Of a DNA stretch of 32,605 nucleotides, positions 8,634-17,860 are shown piece by piece; position 1 is the first letter of the stretch; every line of letters begins with the position of its first letter. The stretch covers positions 1-32,605 of the forward strand of contig JAYGEF010000098.1 in assembly GCA_046582535.1 (NCBI GenBank), written 5' to 3'. Position numbers and translations under genes: made by a program. The notes under the pieces were generated by a model that saw only the letters and a program-made list of their open reading frames with translations, ran no database searches and was not told the origin of the DNA. Source of the stretch: Alphaproteobacteria bacterium (GTDB lineage: Bacteria; Pseudomonadota; Alphaproteobacteria; JAAXGF01).

Positions 8634-8711
8634 CGGCGGGAGCCCCAGTCTGTTGCGTACAAGAATGGGCGCTTGAACGCCCATCGGCCATGTTTTTGGC
8701 CGATGGTATTA
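8634..8711 (+). repeat. Copy A of a roughly 80-bp element, inverted partner at 9219-9299
   Basis: Shared blocks with the reverse complement of copy B are CGGCGGGAG, CCCAGTCTGT, TACAAGA, TGGGCG, TGAACGCCCATCGG and CCGATGGTA. It contains the hairpin CCATCGGCCA(8681-8690)/TGGCCGATGG(8697-8706). Confidence 0.7.
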
Positions 8712-8792
8712 GCTTAGCCCATCCGTTGACCTCGGGCGAGGCACCCCGCATGCTGACCGCCGCGCGAACAACACTGTGGAGAGCGGAACGCC

Positions 8793-9221
8793 ATGAGCGG
8801 ATTGATCGAGACCTATCGCGGGGTGGTTTACCCCTGGCAATGCGACCATCAGGGCCACATGAACACCAAGGAATTTGTCGGCTGCTTCGATGCCGCGTTC
8901 TGGCACCACCTGACGGCCATGGGCTTCACCCGGGCCTATCTCGACGGCAACAACTGCGGCTTCGCCGACGTCAAGGATACCCTGGAGTACAAGGCGGAGG
9001 TCCCGGTCAGCGCCCGGATCATCGTTGAGAGCGGCCTCATACGGGTCGGCAAATCATCGATCATCGCGCGCCACATCATGAGCGACGTGGAGACCGGCGA
9101 GGTCTCGGCCACATCGGAAAAGATCACCGTCTACTTTGATCTCGAAGCCCGCGCTTCGGCGCCCATCCCCGACGAAAAGCGTGATGTTCTGGAAAGCTTC
9201 ATCGTCCCGTTTGACGACTAG
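8793..9221 (+). CDS. Hotdog-fold acyl-CoA thioesterase (4HBT/YbgC-like)
   Basis: 142 aa. YPWQCDHQGHMNTKEFVGCFDAAFWH matches the 4HBT N-terminal catalytic region. GGAGAG SD lies upstream. Confidence 0.75.
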   Translation: MSGLIETYRGVVYPWQCDHQGHMNTKEFVGCFDAAFWHHLTAMGFTRAYLDGNNCGFADVKDTLEYKAEVPVSARIIVESGLIRVGKSSIIARHIMSDVETGEVSATSEKITVYFDLEARASAPIPDEKRDVLESFIVPFDD

Positions 9222-9299
9222 TACCATCGGTCATAAAGAATGTCCGATGGGCGTTCACATCGCCCAATCTTGTATTTACACAGACTGGGACTCCCGCCG
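9219..9299 (-). repeat. Copy B of the roughly 80-bp element, inverted relative to copy A
   Basis: The reverse complement reads GCGGCGGGAGTCCCAGTCTGTGTAAATACAAGATTGGGCGATGTGAACGCCCATCGGACATTCTTTATGACCGATGGTACTA. It starts at the thioesterase stop codon. Roughly three quarters of positions match copy A by hand alignment. Confidence 0.7.
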
Positions 9300-9446
9300 C
9301 ATAAGCGGCGACGCGCGGTCGCGCTTGCCGGCGGTCACAAACAGTGACCGCTGGTATGAGTCAGGCACGATTCCCATTGCGTCCGGTGAAATCCGGTGGT
9401 TTTGTAGCGCGCCCGTAACCGCTTCCACTCACCGCGAGACACCGCT

Positions 9447-11456
9447 TTGCCAACACTTCTGGGTATCGACACCGGCGGCACCTATACGGACGCCGCCCTC
9501 TTCGACACCGACAAGGGTGTCATTCGCTCGGCCAAGTCGCTGACCACCAAGCACGACCTTGCCATTGGCGTGCGCGGCGCGGTGGACGGCGTGCTCGAGG
9601 ATGATCATCCCGACGTCCGTCTGGTGTCGCTGTCGACCACCCTGGCGACCAACGCCATTGTCGAGGGTCAGGGCAGCCCGGTCTGCCTGCTGATGATCGG
9701 CCATGGTCCCGAAGCGCTCGACCGGGCCGATCTGCGCAAGGCCCTGGACGGCGACCCGGTGGCCTTCATCGACGGCGGCCACTCGCCCTCGGGTGATGAG
9801 CAGATGGAACTCGACCTCGACGCCGCCCGGGCGGCCATCGAAGCCCACGCCGACAATGTGGACGCCTTCGCCGTGGCCGGCTATTTCGCGGTGCGCAACC
9901 CGGCCCACGAGCAGGCGGTGCGCGACCTGGTCTTTGAGCTGACGGGCAAGCCGGTAAGCTGCGGCCATGACCTGTCGTGGCGCCTCGATGCTCCGCGCCG
10001 CGCCCTGACCGCGGTGCTCAACGCCCGGCTCATCCCGGTCATCCAGCAGCTCATCCACGCGGTCCACGGCATCATGGCGGAAAAGGCTATCAAGGCGCCG
10101 CTCATGGTGGTCAAGGGCGACGGCTCCCTGGTTAGCGAAGACACCGCCCTGGCGCGTCCCGTGGAGACCATTCTGTCGGGCCCGGCGGCCAGCGTGGTCG
10201 GGGCTCATCATCTGTCCGGCGAAAACGACGTTTTCGTGGTCGACATGGGCGGCACCACAACCGACATCGCCTTGCTCAAGGGCGGCCGCCCGGTGCTCAA
10301 CGTAGAGGGCGCCACGGTCGGCGGCTGGCGTACCATGGTCGAAGCGGTGGCGGCCCACACGGTCGGCCTCGGCGGCGACAGCGAAGTCTGGTTCGACGCC
10401 GGCCCGGCCCTGGCCATCGGCCCCCAGCGGGTGGTGCCGATCAGTCTGCTGGCCCATGAACACCCCGGCATCATTGAGCGCCTCCACGCCCAGGCGGCGC
10501 GCGAACCGGCTCACGACAACGACGGCCGTTTCGCCCTGCGCCTGCGCAATCTCGACGGCGGCCGGGCCAACCTGACCGCCACCGAGACGCGGCTCTGGGA
10601 GGCCATGACCGACGGCCCGGTGGCCCTTGAAAAACTGTTCGCCGGCGACCATCCGGAGCGCTCGCTCAAGCGTCTGGTCAGGCGCGGCCTGGTGGTCACC
10701 GCCGGCTTCACCCCGAGCGACGCGTGCCACGTGCTGGGCCACCACAAGAGCTGGTCGGTCGAGGCGGCGGGTCTCGCCGCCACCCTGTGGGCGCGCCGGG
10801 CCGCCGCCTACGGCATTGCCCCCGACGGCGATATCGAGGCCTTCGCCGCCCAGGTCATGGAAGGCGTGGTGGCGCGCTCGGCCGAGGCCATCATCGCCAC
10901 CGCCCTGGCCGAAGGCGACCACGTCAAGACCATTGCCGGGGATGGCCTGGGCCGCCACTTCTTGGCTCAAGCCCTGGCCCCAAAGCATGACGACGACGGT
11001 GGGTTTCTCGATATCGCCCTGACCCTGCGCCGCCCCCTGGTGGCCATCGGCGCGCCGGCGGCGACCTATTATCCGGCGGTCGCCGAGCGCCTCAATACCC
11101 GCCTGGTGGTGCCGACCCACGCGGAGGTTTCCAACGCCGTGGGCGCGGTCGCCGGCGGCGTTACCCAGACCGTCAAGACCCTGATTACCACCCCCGACGA
11201 AATGCGCTACCGCATGCATGCGCCCAGCGGCGTCCAGGAATTCGCCAACCTGGAGCAGGCTGCCGAGGCCGCCGAGCAGGAGGCCCGGACCCTGGCCGAG
11301 GCCCATGCCCGCGACGCCGGCGCCGTCGAGGTGCGGGTCGAAGTCGAGCGCAACGACACCATCGCCAAAGGCAAGGACGGCTCCCAGGTGTTCATCGAAA
11401 GCGAGATCATCGCCACCGCCCTGGGCCGCCCCCGCCTGGGCGAGGCCGACGCCTGA
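9447..11456 (+). CDS. Hydantoinase/oxoprolinase-family (HyuA-like) protein
   Basis: 669 aa. N-terminal [17 protein letters not shown] and second ATPase motif [14 protein letters not shown] place it in the ASKHA-fold Hydantoinase_A family. The TTG start is as listed. No HyuB partner is present. Confidence 0.75.
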   Translation: MPTLLGIDTGGTYTDAALFDTDKGVIRSAKSLTTKHDLAIGVRGAVDGVLEDDHPDVRLVSLSTTLATNAIVEGQGSPVCLLMIGHGPEALDRADLRKALDGDPVAFIDGGHSPSGDEQMELDLDAARAAIEAHADNVDAFAVAGYFAVRNPAHEQAVRDLVFELTGKPVSCGHDLSWRLDAPRRALTAVLNARLIPVIQQLIHAVHGIMAEKAIKAPLMVVKGDGSLVSEDTALARPVETILSGPAASVVGAHHLSGENDVFVVDMGGTTTDIALLKGGRPVLNVEGATVGGWRTMVEAVAAHTVGLGGDSEVWFDAGPALAIGPQRVVPISLLAHEHPGIIERLHAQAAREPAHDNDGRFALRLRNLDGGRANLTATETRLWEAMTDGPVALEKLFAGDHPERSLKRLVRRGLVVTAGFTPSDACHVLGHHKSWSVEAAGLAATLWARRAAAYGIAPDGDIEAFAAQVMEGVVARSAEAIIATALAEGDHVKTIAGDGLGRHFLAQALAPKHDDDGGFLDIALTLRRPLVAIGAPAATYYPAVAERLNTRLVVPTHAEVSNAVGAVAGGVTQTVKTLITTPDEMRYRMHAPSGVQEFANLEQAAEAAEQEARTLAEAHARDAGAVEVRVEVERNDTIAKGKDGSQVFIESEIIATALGRPRLGEADA

Positions 11457-11496
11457 GCAGACTGACTGTTCGCCGGCTATCGCGTATAAAGAGCTC

Positions 11497-12258
11497 ATGC
11501 CATTCGATACCAGCAAGAAACTGTCCATCCTGGTGCCCTACCGCGACCGGCCGAACCATCTGAAAAAGTTCGTGCCCCACATGCTGCGGTATTTCCAGCG
11601 TGACAAGATCGACCACTGCATCGCCTTCGACATCACCCTGGTGGAGCAGGGCAACGAGCTTCAGTTCAATGCCGGGTTGTTACGCAATATTGGGTTCCTG
11701 CTGACCCGGGAAGCCGACTACCACTGTTTCCACGATGTAGATTTCCTGCCGATCTGGGCCGATTACAGCTACCCCGACAAGCCAACGCGCATTGTTTGGT
11801 ATCGCGTACAACACCGTCCCGTCGCGCCCGGCAGCAATCGCCTCATGTATACCAATCGGGAGACTTTCTTTGGTGGCGTCGTGATGTTTCGCCGCCAGGA
11901 TTTCGAGGTGGTGAATGGTTATTCCAACGCGTATTGGGGTTGGGGCGCCGAAGACGACGATTTGCGTAAGCGCTGCCTCGCGGAGGGTCTCGACATCGAG
12001 CATCGCGACGGAACCTTTCAGTTCATGCAGCATGTCAGCCGGGGCTTCGACAAGGAAGGCGAATCCACACCCGAATCCCTGGCCAACCAGGACGTGCTGC
12101 GCCACAAGACCAAGTTAATCGAGGAGCCCGCCGGCCACCGTGACGACGGTCTGAACACGGCGCGTTACACGGTCACCAGGCAGGGCCGAATTCCGATCAA
12201 AAATCGTCCCGTGAACGTGGGCGAAATCCAAAAAATCACCGTTAATTTTGATGGATAA
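11497..12258 (+). CDS. GT7-type beta-1,4-galactosyltransferase-like glycosyltransferase (soluble, 253 aa)
   Basis: From the ATG at 11497: LSILVPYRDRPNHL, FNAGLLRNIGF, CFHDVDFLP (DxD), FFGGVVMF...VNGYSNAYWGWGAEDDDL, and DGLN...Y...KITVNF. This is collinear with metazoan B4GALT catalytic-domain blocks. The longer listed ORF (11218) overlaps the hydantoinase gene and is rejected. Confidence 0.8.
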   Translation: MPFDTSKKLSILVPYRDRPNHLKKFVPHMLRYFQRDKIDHCIAFDITLVEQGNELQFNAGLLRNIGFLLTREADYHCFHDVDFLPIWADYSYPDKPTRIVWYRVQHRPVAPGSNRLMYTNRETFFGGVVMFRRQDFEVVNGYSNAYWGWGAEDDDLRKRCLAEGLDIEHRDGTFQFMQHVSRGFDKEGESTPESLANQDVLRHKTKLIEEPAGHRDDGLNTARYTVTRQGRIPIKNRPVNVGEIQKITVNFDG

Positions 12259-12295
12259 CCGCGCCACACAGCACATTCCTGGTCACCGCCATGCC

Positions 12296-13988
12296 CTATG
12301 AACGACGCATTATCGAGTACCGCATGGTTTCGCCCTTACAGTCGATAATGATGAAACCGGCCGGTCCCATGTGGCGGCCGCGCATCATGGGCCCTGGCAG
12401 GGTGACGATGGGCAGCCCGCAGGCGGTCGAGTCGAAGGTCGAGTTGTGGCCCGACCACAACAGGGTATCGAGCAGGACATCGGCCTTGCAATTGAATGCC
12501 AGGAAGTCCTGGTGGACCATGCGGGGATGAATGACGAGGCGGGCCTCGGCGTCGGTGAAGGCCTTGGCCAGGCGACGGTGGAACTGCTCGGTCACCGCCG
12601 TGGTGCGGTCGGCAACGAACCAGAACACGCTCTTGGGCACCGCCTCGGCGATGCGCACGAAGAGCTGATCGTGCTGGGGAAGCCGGGTGTAGAGATTGTG
12701 CGAGCACAGAAAGACCGTCTCGCCCCGGCGCTTCGTGCGCTTGACCTCGGGAACCTTGAGGGCCGGGTAGAAATTGGCCAGATTGGGCAGGCGCACCAGA
12801 GTCTCGGTGTAGTGGTCGTCGGCGTCGTCGGGTTCCATCAGATCGCTGCTGAGATAATAGTCGATGGTCGGCAGACCCGAAGTCACCGGATGGCCGCCGG
12901 CGACGCACTGCACCGGCGCCAGACGCAGCGCGCCCAACAGCTGCATGTCCGGATGCATGCCGATATCGAGATAGACCAGCACGTCGAGCTCGCTTTTGGC
13001 GATCATGGCGGCACGTTGGTCGTTGTCATGGAGGTTGTCGTGAAAGGCGTCCGAAGCGTCCTCTACCGCCTTGGTCGAATCGTCGGACCGGGTGCCCGTA
13101 TAGAAGGTGTGGATCTCGAAGCGGGCGCGGTCGAGGCCGGTGATCCAGCGGCCATGGGTCTTGTAGACCGAATGCCAGTAGAGAAAATAGGACACGAAGC
13201 CGACGCGAATCTTGTCGCCCGGTTTGCGGCTCCGCGCCGGCGCGGCTCGTTGTGCGCCGGGAGAGGCGGCGCTGGCGATACGGTGGAGCAATTGGCCGTA
13301 GAGGGTCTGCTCCTCGATGTCGTTGCGGACCTGGAAGCTGAGATAGAAATTGGTCATCAGGGTCACGGCATTGGCAGCTTCCCGGGCCTTGGCCGGGGTG
13401 CTCACGTCGAGTTCTTCAAGCAGGGTCTCAACCCCTTTGCGCCAGCGCGCGCGGTGGCGGCCAATATCGGCCTCGCTGTCATAGATCACCGGCAGGGTCA
13501 GATCGGCGCCCCATTTTGCGACCATGGAGTTGGGACTCAATTCAAGGGCACGACTGTGGGCGACCAGGGATTCGTCGGTTCGCCCGAGATCAAAATAGGC
13601 CAGGCCCAGGTTCGTGTCGCCTGTGACATATCGGGCTTGAGCGCGATGGCGCGCTCGTAGGCCTTCAGTGAGGCTTCACCTTTGCACATTTGGCGCAGGT
13701 CATTTCACAGGTTGTTGTGGAACAGCGGCACATTGGGACGTCGCTCGATGGCCTGGCTGATGAGTTTCACCGCCAAGGGGTATCGGCTCACCTGATGGGC
13801 GACCATGCCGAGCAGATGCAACGCCCGGGGATGCCGGGCACGACCTTGAGCGCCTGGCGGTACGCGGCTTGGGCCTTGGGCAGACGTCCGGCACGGAAGT
13901 GAGGAAGGCCGGCCTCGACCAGCCGCCTCGCCTCGACCGCCTTGGGGTCGGGCTGTTTTGGCTGATTTGGATTGTTAGGCGTGGCCAC
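12296..13988 (-). pseudogene. TPR-GT41 (OGT/SPINDLY-like) paralogue with a disrupted TPR region
   Basis: The C-terminal 414-aa ORF is collinear with the gene at 14086-15852. The TPR part is recoverable only across three frames. There is a frameshift near 13823-13836 (GIPG then RALHLLG), an in-frame TGA at 13705-13707 (FHNNL-stop-ND), and a frameshift near 13620-13640 (KPDM then VTGDTNLG). A candidate ancestral GTG start is at 13988. Confidence 0.75.
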
Positions 13989-14085
13989 TGCCGCAGGCCT
14001 TGACGAGAAATTCTTCCAGGGCGCGGATCGGCGTCTCGTCGCCGAAGATGGCGGCGCGCCGGCTGGCAACCTGCTTGGCCATGCG

Positions 14086-15852
14086 CTAGCGAAAGCGGCC
14101 GTCCTTGCCGAACCGGACGGCGATGGCCACGTAATCGTCTTCGTCGCTGGCGATCGTCTCGTCGATACCCATCATGGTAAGGATGGCGTAGGTGTGGCGC
14201 GCCCGCATCATCGGCCCCGGCAGGGTTACCACCGGCAGGCCGCAGGCCATGGCGTCGAAGGTCGAATTGTGGCCCGACCACAAAATGCTATCGAGCAATA
14301 CGTCGGCCTGGCAATTGAGCGCCAGAAACTCAGCATGAGGCCGGCGGTCCTGGATTACCACCCGGCCATCGAAATCGAGATTGGCGCGCCCGAAGGCCTT
14401 CGCCAGGCGCGCCCGAAACTGTTCGGTGACGGGCCGGGCACGGTCGGCGACAAACCAGAAATTGCTGTTCGGGACTTGCTCGGCGATGCGCACGAACAGC
14501 TTATCGTATTGCGGCAATAGCTTGAACAGGCTTTGGGAGCAGAGATAGACCACCGCCTTGCGCCCGGTCTGGGGTTCGATTTCCGGGACCTCGGGCAGGG
14601 GATAGCAGTTGGCCAGATTGGGCAGGTTGACCAGTTTTTCGGTGTAATGGGCCTGGGCGCCCTTGGGCTCCATAAGCTCGCTCGACAGGAAGTAATCCAT
14701 GGTCGGCAGGCCGCTGGTCACCGGATGGCCGCCGGCCAGGCACTGCACCGGTGCCAGGCGCAACGCGCCCATGAGCTGCATGTCCGGATGCATGCCGATA
14801 TCGAGATAAATCAGCACATCGAGCTTGCTCTCACGGATCATGGCGATGCGCTGGCGGTTGCTGTGGAGGTTGTTATGAAAGGCGTCGGCGTTGCGCTTGA
14901 CGTTCTCGGTGGCCGCGTCGAAGCGACGACCGGTATAGAGGACGTGGACCTCGAAACGCGACTTGTCGAGACCGGTAATCCAGGCGCCATGGGTCTTGTA
15001 GACCGAATGATGGTAGAGAAAAAACGACACGAAGCCGACCCGGATGCGTTCCCCCGGACCGATTACCTGGGGCTCCAAGGTGGCCGGCACCTTGGGATAG
15101 GCGGCGCTGGAAATACGATCGAGCAATCCGCCGTAGAGTTTTTGCAGGGCGACATCGTTGCGGCCCTGGTAATTGAGGTAGAAGTTGGTCATCAGGGTGA
15201 CCGCCAGCTCGGCCTCGGCAGCCTTGGCCGGCGTCGACAGGTCGAGATCATCAGTGAGTGCCTTGACCCCCTCGGACCAACGCTTGCGGTGGCGATCGAT
15301 GGCGGCTTTCGAATCATAAAGCGCCGGCAGGGTCAGCCGGGTGTTCCATTTGGCCAGCACCGAATCCGGCTTGAGCGCCAGCGCCTGGCCATGGGCGGCG
15401 AGAGACTCGTCAATCTGACCAAGCTCGAAATAGGCGATGCCCAGGTTGGTATAGGCTTCGGCCATTTTCGGGGCGAGGGCAATGGCTCGCTTGTAGGCGA
15501 CCAACGAGGCTTCGCGTTTGCCCAGCTGACGCAGGGCGTTGCCCAGGTTGTTGTGGAAAACCGCCACCCGGGGCCGGCGCTTGATCGCTTGACTGATGAA
15601 TTTGACCGCCGCGCCCGGCCGCCCTGTCTTGTGGGCGATCACTCCCAGCAGATGCAGCGCCCGTGGGTGACCGGGCACCACCTTGAGGGCGGCGCCGTAC
15701 GCCTGCTGCGCCTTGGCCATGCGGCCCGCGTCATAATGGGCGATGCCGGCCTCGACCAGTTGCCGTGCCTGAATCATTCGGGGATCCGGCTTTTTTGCCG
15801 GTTTTGGCTGATCTGGTTGGTTCATGACGCGAGAGTGTATATCACTGATCAT
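14086..15852 (-). CDS. TPR-repeat protein with a GT41 (O-GlcNAc transferase / SPINDLY-like, COG3914) catalytic domain; ends at a probably premature TAG
   Basis: The N-terminal TPRs include AKAQQAYGAALKVVPGHPRALHLLGVIAHKTG and AYKRAIALAPKMAEAYTNLGIAYFELG. The GT41 blocks are IRVGFVSFFLYHHSV, LDVLIYLDIGMHP, RLAPVQCLAGGHPVTSGLPTMDYFLSSELMEP and LDSILWSGHNSTFDAMACGLPVVTL. An alternative ATG lies at 15825. After the TAG (14086-14088) 36 further in-frame codons look like the family C-terminal tail. Confidence 0.8.
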   Translation of the reverse strand: MISDIHSRVMNQPDQPKPAKKPDPRMIQARQLVEAGIAHYDAGRMAKAQQAYGAALKVVPGHPRALHLLGVIAHKTGRPGAAVKFISQAIKRRPRVAVFHNNLGNALRQLGKREASLVAYKRAIALAPKMAEAYTNLGIAYFELGQIDESLAAHGQALALKPDSVLAKWNTRLTLPALYDSKAAIDRHRKRWSEGVKALTDDLDLSTPAKAAEAELAVTLMTNFYLNYQGRNDVALQKLYGGLLDRISSAAYPKVPATLEPQVIGPGERIRVGFVSFFLYHHSVYKTHGAWITGLDKSRFEVHVLYTGRRFDAATENVKRNADAFHNNLHSNRQRIAMIRESKLDVLIYLDIGMHPDMQLMGALRLAPVQCLAGGHPVTSGLPTMDYFLSSELMEPKGAQAHYTEKLVNLPNLANCYPLPEVPEIEPQTGRKAVVYLCSQSLFKLLPQYDKLFVRIAEQVPNSNFWFVADRARPVTEQFRARLAKAFGRANLDFDGRVVIQDRRPHAEFLALNCQADVLLDSILWSGHNSTFDAMACGLPVVTLPGPMMRARHTYAILTMMGIDETIASDEDDYVAIAVRFGKDGRFR

Positions 15853-15902
15853 TGATATAACCCTGCTTACGAGACAAACATTTTGCGGGCGCGAACCAAC
15901 CT

Positions 15903-16892
15903 ATGAAGGCACTTGTGACGGGAGCGACCGGCTTTGTCGGCTCGGCGGTGGCGCGAAAGCTGGTCGCCGCCGGCCACCAGGTGCGCACTCTGGTGCGGCC
16001 GACCAGCGACCGGCGCAATCTTGAGAACCTGGCGGTTGAGGCGGTGGTGGGCGACTTGCGCGATCCGGCTTCCCTGGCGGCGGCCCTTGCGGGCTGTGAT
16101 ACGCTATTCCATGTCGCCGCCGACTATCGCCTGTGGGTACCCGACCCGGAAACCATCTACGCAGTCAACGTCGATGGCAGCCGTGCTCTGATCGAGGCCG
16201 CCATGAGCGCCGGGATCGAGCGCATCGTCTATACCTCCAGCGTCGCCACCCTGGGGCTCAACCAGGACGGCACCCCGGCCCATGAAGATACCCCGGTGGC
16301 GCTGGGCCATATGATCGGCCACTACAAGCGCTCCAAATTTCTCGCCGAGCAGGCGGTCCAGAGTCTGATCCAGGGCCACGGCGCCCCGGTGGTCATCGTC
16401 AATCCGTCGACCCCGGTGGGGCCGCGCGACGTCAAGCCGACCCCGACCGGGCGGATGATCGTCGAGGCGGCGGCCGGGCGCATGCCCGCCTATGTGGACA
16501 CCGGCCTCAACCTGGTCCATGTGGACGACGTGGCCGAGGGTCACCTGCTGGCGATTGACCATGGCGTGGTCGGCGAGCGCTATGTGCTCGGCGGCGCCGA
16601 TATGACCCTCGAGGCCATTCTCTGCGAAGTCGCGCGGATTACCGGCGGCCGGCCACCGCGCCTACGCCTCGCCCACAACCTGATCATGCCCCTGGCCGTG
16701 GCCGCCGAAGCCTGGGCCCGGCTGAGCGGCGCCGAGCCCTTCGCCACGGTGGACGGCCTGCGCATGGCCAAGAAGAAAATGTTTTTCACCTCGGCCAAGG
16801 CCGAGACGGCGCTGGGCTACAAGCACCGGCCGGCGGCCGAAGCCCTGGCCGAAGCCATCGCCTGGTTCCGCGCCAACAATTATCTCGACTGA
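15903..16892 (+). CDS. hpnA: Extended-SDR NAD-dependent epimerase/dehydratase, hopanoid-associated sugar epimerase (HpnA)-like
   Basis: MKALVTGATGFVGSAVARKLVAAGHQVRTLVRPTSDRRNLENL...GDLRDPASL...FHVAADYRLWVPDP...YKRSK matches my recollection of the HpnA family. Extended-SDR membership is certain; the hpnA call is less so. Confidence 0.7.
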   Translation: MKALVTGATGFVGSAVARKLVAAGHQVRTLVRPTSDRRNLENLAVEAVVGDLRDPASLAAALAGCDTLFHVAADYRLWVPDPETIYAVNVDGSRALIEAAMSAGIERIVYTSSVATLGLNQDGTPAHEDTPVALGHMIGHYKRSKFLAEQAVQSLIQGHGAPVVIVNPSTPVGPRDVKPTPTGRMIVEAAAGRMPAYVDTGLNLVHVDDVAEGHLLAIDHGVVGERYVLGGADMTLEAILCEVARITGGRPPRLRLAHNLIMPLAVAAEAWARLSGAEPFATVDGLRMAKKKMFFTSAKAETALGYKHRPAAEALAEAIAWFRANNYLD

Positions 16893-17860
16893 TCAACTAA
16901 CGCGGCGGCTTCGGCGATAAGGCCGGCGTCGATGTCGGTGCGGTGGGCGTTGTGTCCCAGGTGACGGCGCCAGGCGCGGGCGCCCGGGCGACGCTGGTAG
17001 AGACCGAAGATATGCCGGGTCATGCGATGCAGCGGCACCCCGCCCTGGTGGTGGCGCCGGGCGTATTGAACAAACCCGTCGATCACCGCGCGGCGGCTGG
17101 TGGCGGTCTCTTCAGTGCCGAACACCTGTTGCTCGATCTCGGCCAGGAACCACGGGTTGCCGTAGGCTTCGCGGCCGATCATCACGCCGTCGAGGCGGGC
17201 CATGGCCTCATGGACCGTCGCCAGACTGGTGATGCCGCCATTGAGGATTATCTCGAGATCGGGAAAATCGTCCTTGAGGCGATAGACCAGGTCATATTGC
17301 AGGGGCGGTATCTCGCGGTTCTGCGTGGGGTCGAGGCCGTCGAGGATGGCGTCGCGGGCATGAACGATGACCGTGCCGCAGCCGGCCCCGGCGACCGTGG
17401 CAACAAAATGCCGCAGGTTGTCGTAGCCGTTGCGCGTATCGATGCCGGTGCGGCACTTGACCGTGACCGGCAGGCGGGTGGCCGCCATCATGGCCGCGAC
17501 GCAGCGCCCCACTAGATCGGGATCAGCCATGAGGCAGGCGCCGAAGCGGCCCGACTTCACCCGGCTCGACGGGCAGCCGACGTTGAGGTTGATTTCGTCG
17601 TAGCCCCGGTCCTCGGCGATCTCTGCACAGAGCGCCAGCTCAGCCGGATCGCCGCCGCCAAGCTGCAGCGCCAGAGGATGCTCGGCGGCATCGAAACCGA
17701 GCAAGCGGTCGCGGACCCCGTGAATGATCGCCGGGGTGGTGATCATCTCGGAATAGAGCAGCGCCCTGGGTGCGATCAGACGCAGGAAATAGCGGCAATG
17801 GCGATCGGTACGCTCCATCATGGGCGCCACCGACAAACGCCGGTCGATTGGCTCGCTCAT
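16880..17860 (-). CDS. dusA: tRNA-dihydrouridine(20/20a) synthase DusA
   Basis: LSVAPMMERTDRHCRYFLRLI...LYSEMITT...HPLALQLGGGDP...YDEINLNVGCPSSRV..GRFGACLM is collinear with E. coli DusA. Confidence 0.9.
   Translation of the reverse strand: MSEPIDRRLSVAPMMERTDRHCRYFLRLIAPRALLYSEMITTPAIIHGVRDRLLGFDAAEHPLALQLGGGDPAELALCAEIAEDRGYDEINLNVGCPSSRVKSGRFGACLMADPDLVGRCVAAMMAATRLPVTVKCRTGIDTRNGYDNLRHFVATVAGAGCGTVIVHARDAILDGLDPTQNREIPPLQYDLVYRLKDDFPDLEIILNGGITSLATVHEAMARLDGVMIGREAYGNPWFLAEIEQQVFGTEETATSRRAVIDGFVQYARRHHQGGVPLHRMTRHIFGLYQRRPGARAWRRHLGHNAHRTDIDAGLIAEAAALVDQSR

Noticed and set aside
8518-9028. ORFs 8585-9028 (+, 147 aa) and 8518-8751 (-, 77 aa) in the ectC-like / thioesterase intergenic region.
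   Set aside because: They have no recognisable motifs. The first overlaps the well-supported thioesterase frame. Both run through the palindrome and repeat elements.
8634-9299. The inverted-repeat-flanked thioesterase as a transposon or IS element.
   Set aside because: There is no transposase or integrase. I could find no target-site duplication next to the repeat ends. The repeats are only about three-quarters identical. It is reported as a repeat of unknown nature instead.
9383-9400. Direct repeat TCCGGTG aaa TCCGGTG upstream of the hydantoinase-like gene as a regulator site.
   Set aside because: It is only 7 nt, a single occurrence, and easily arises by chance in GC-rich sequence.
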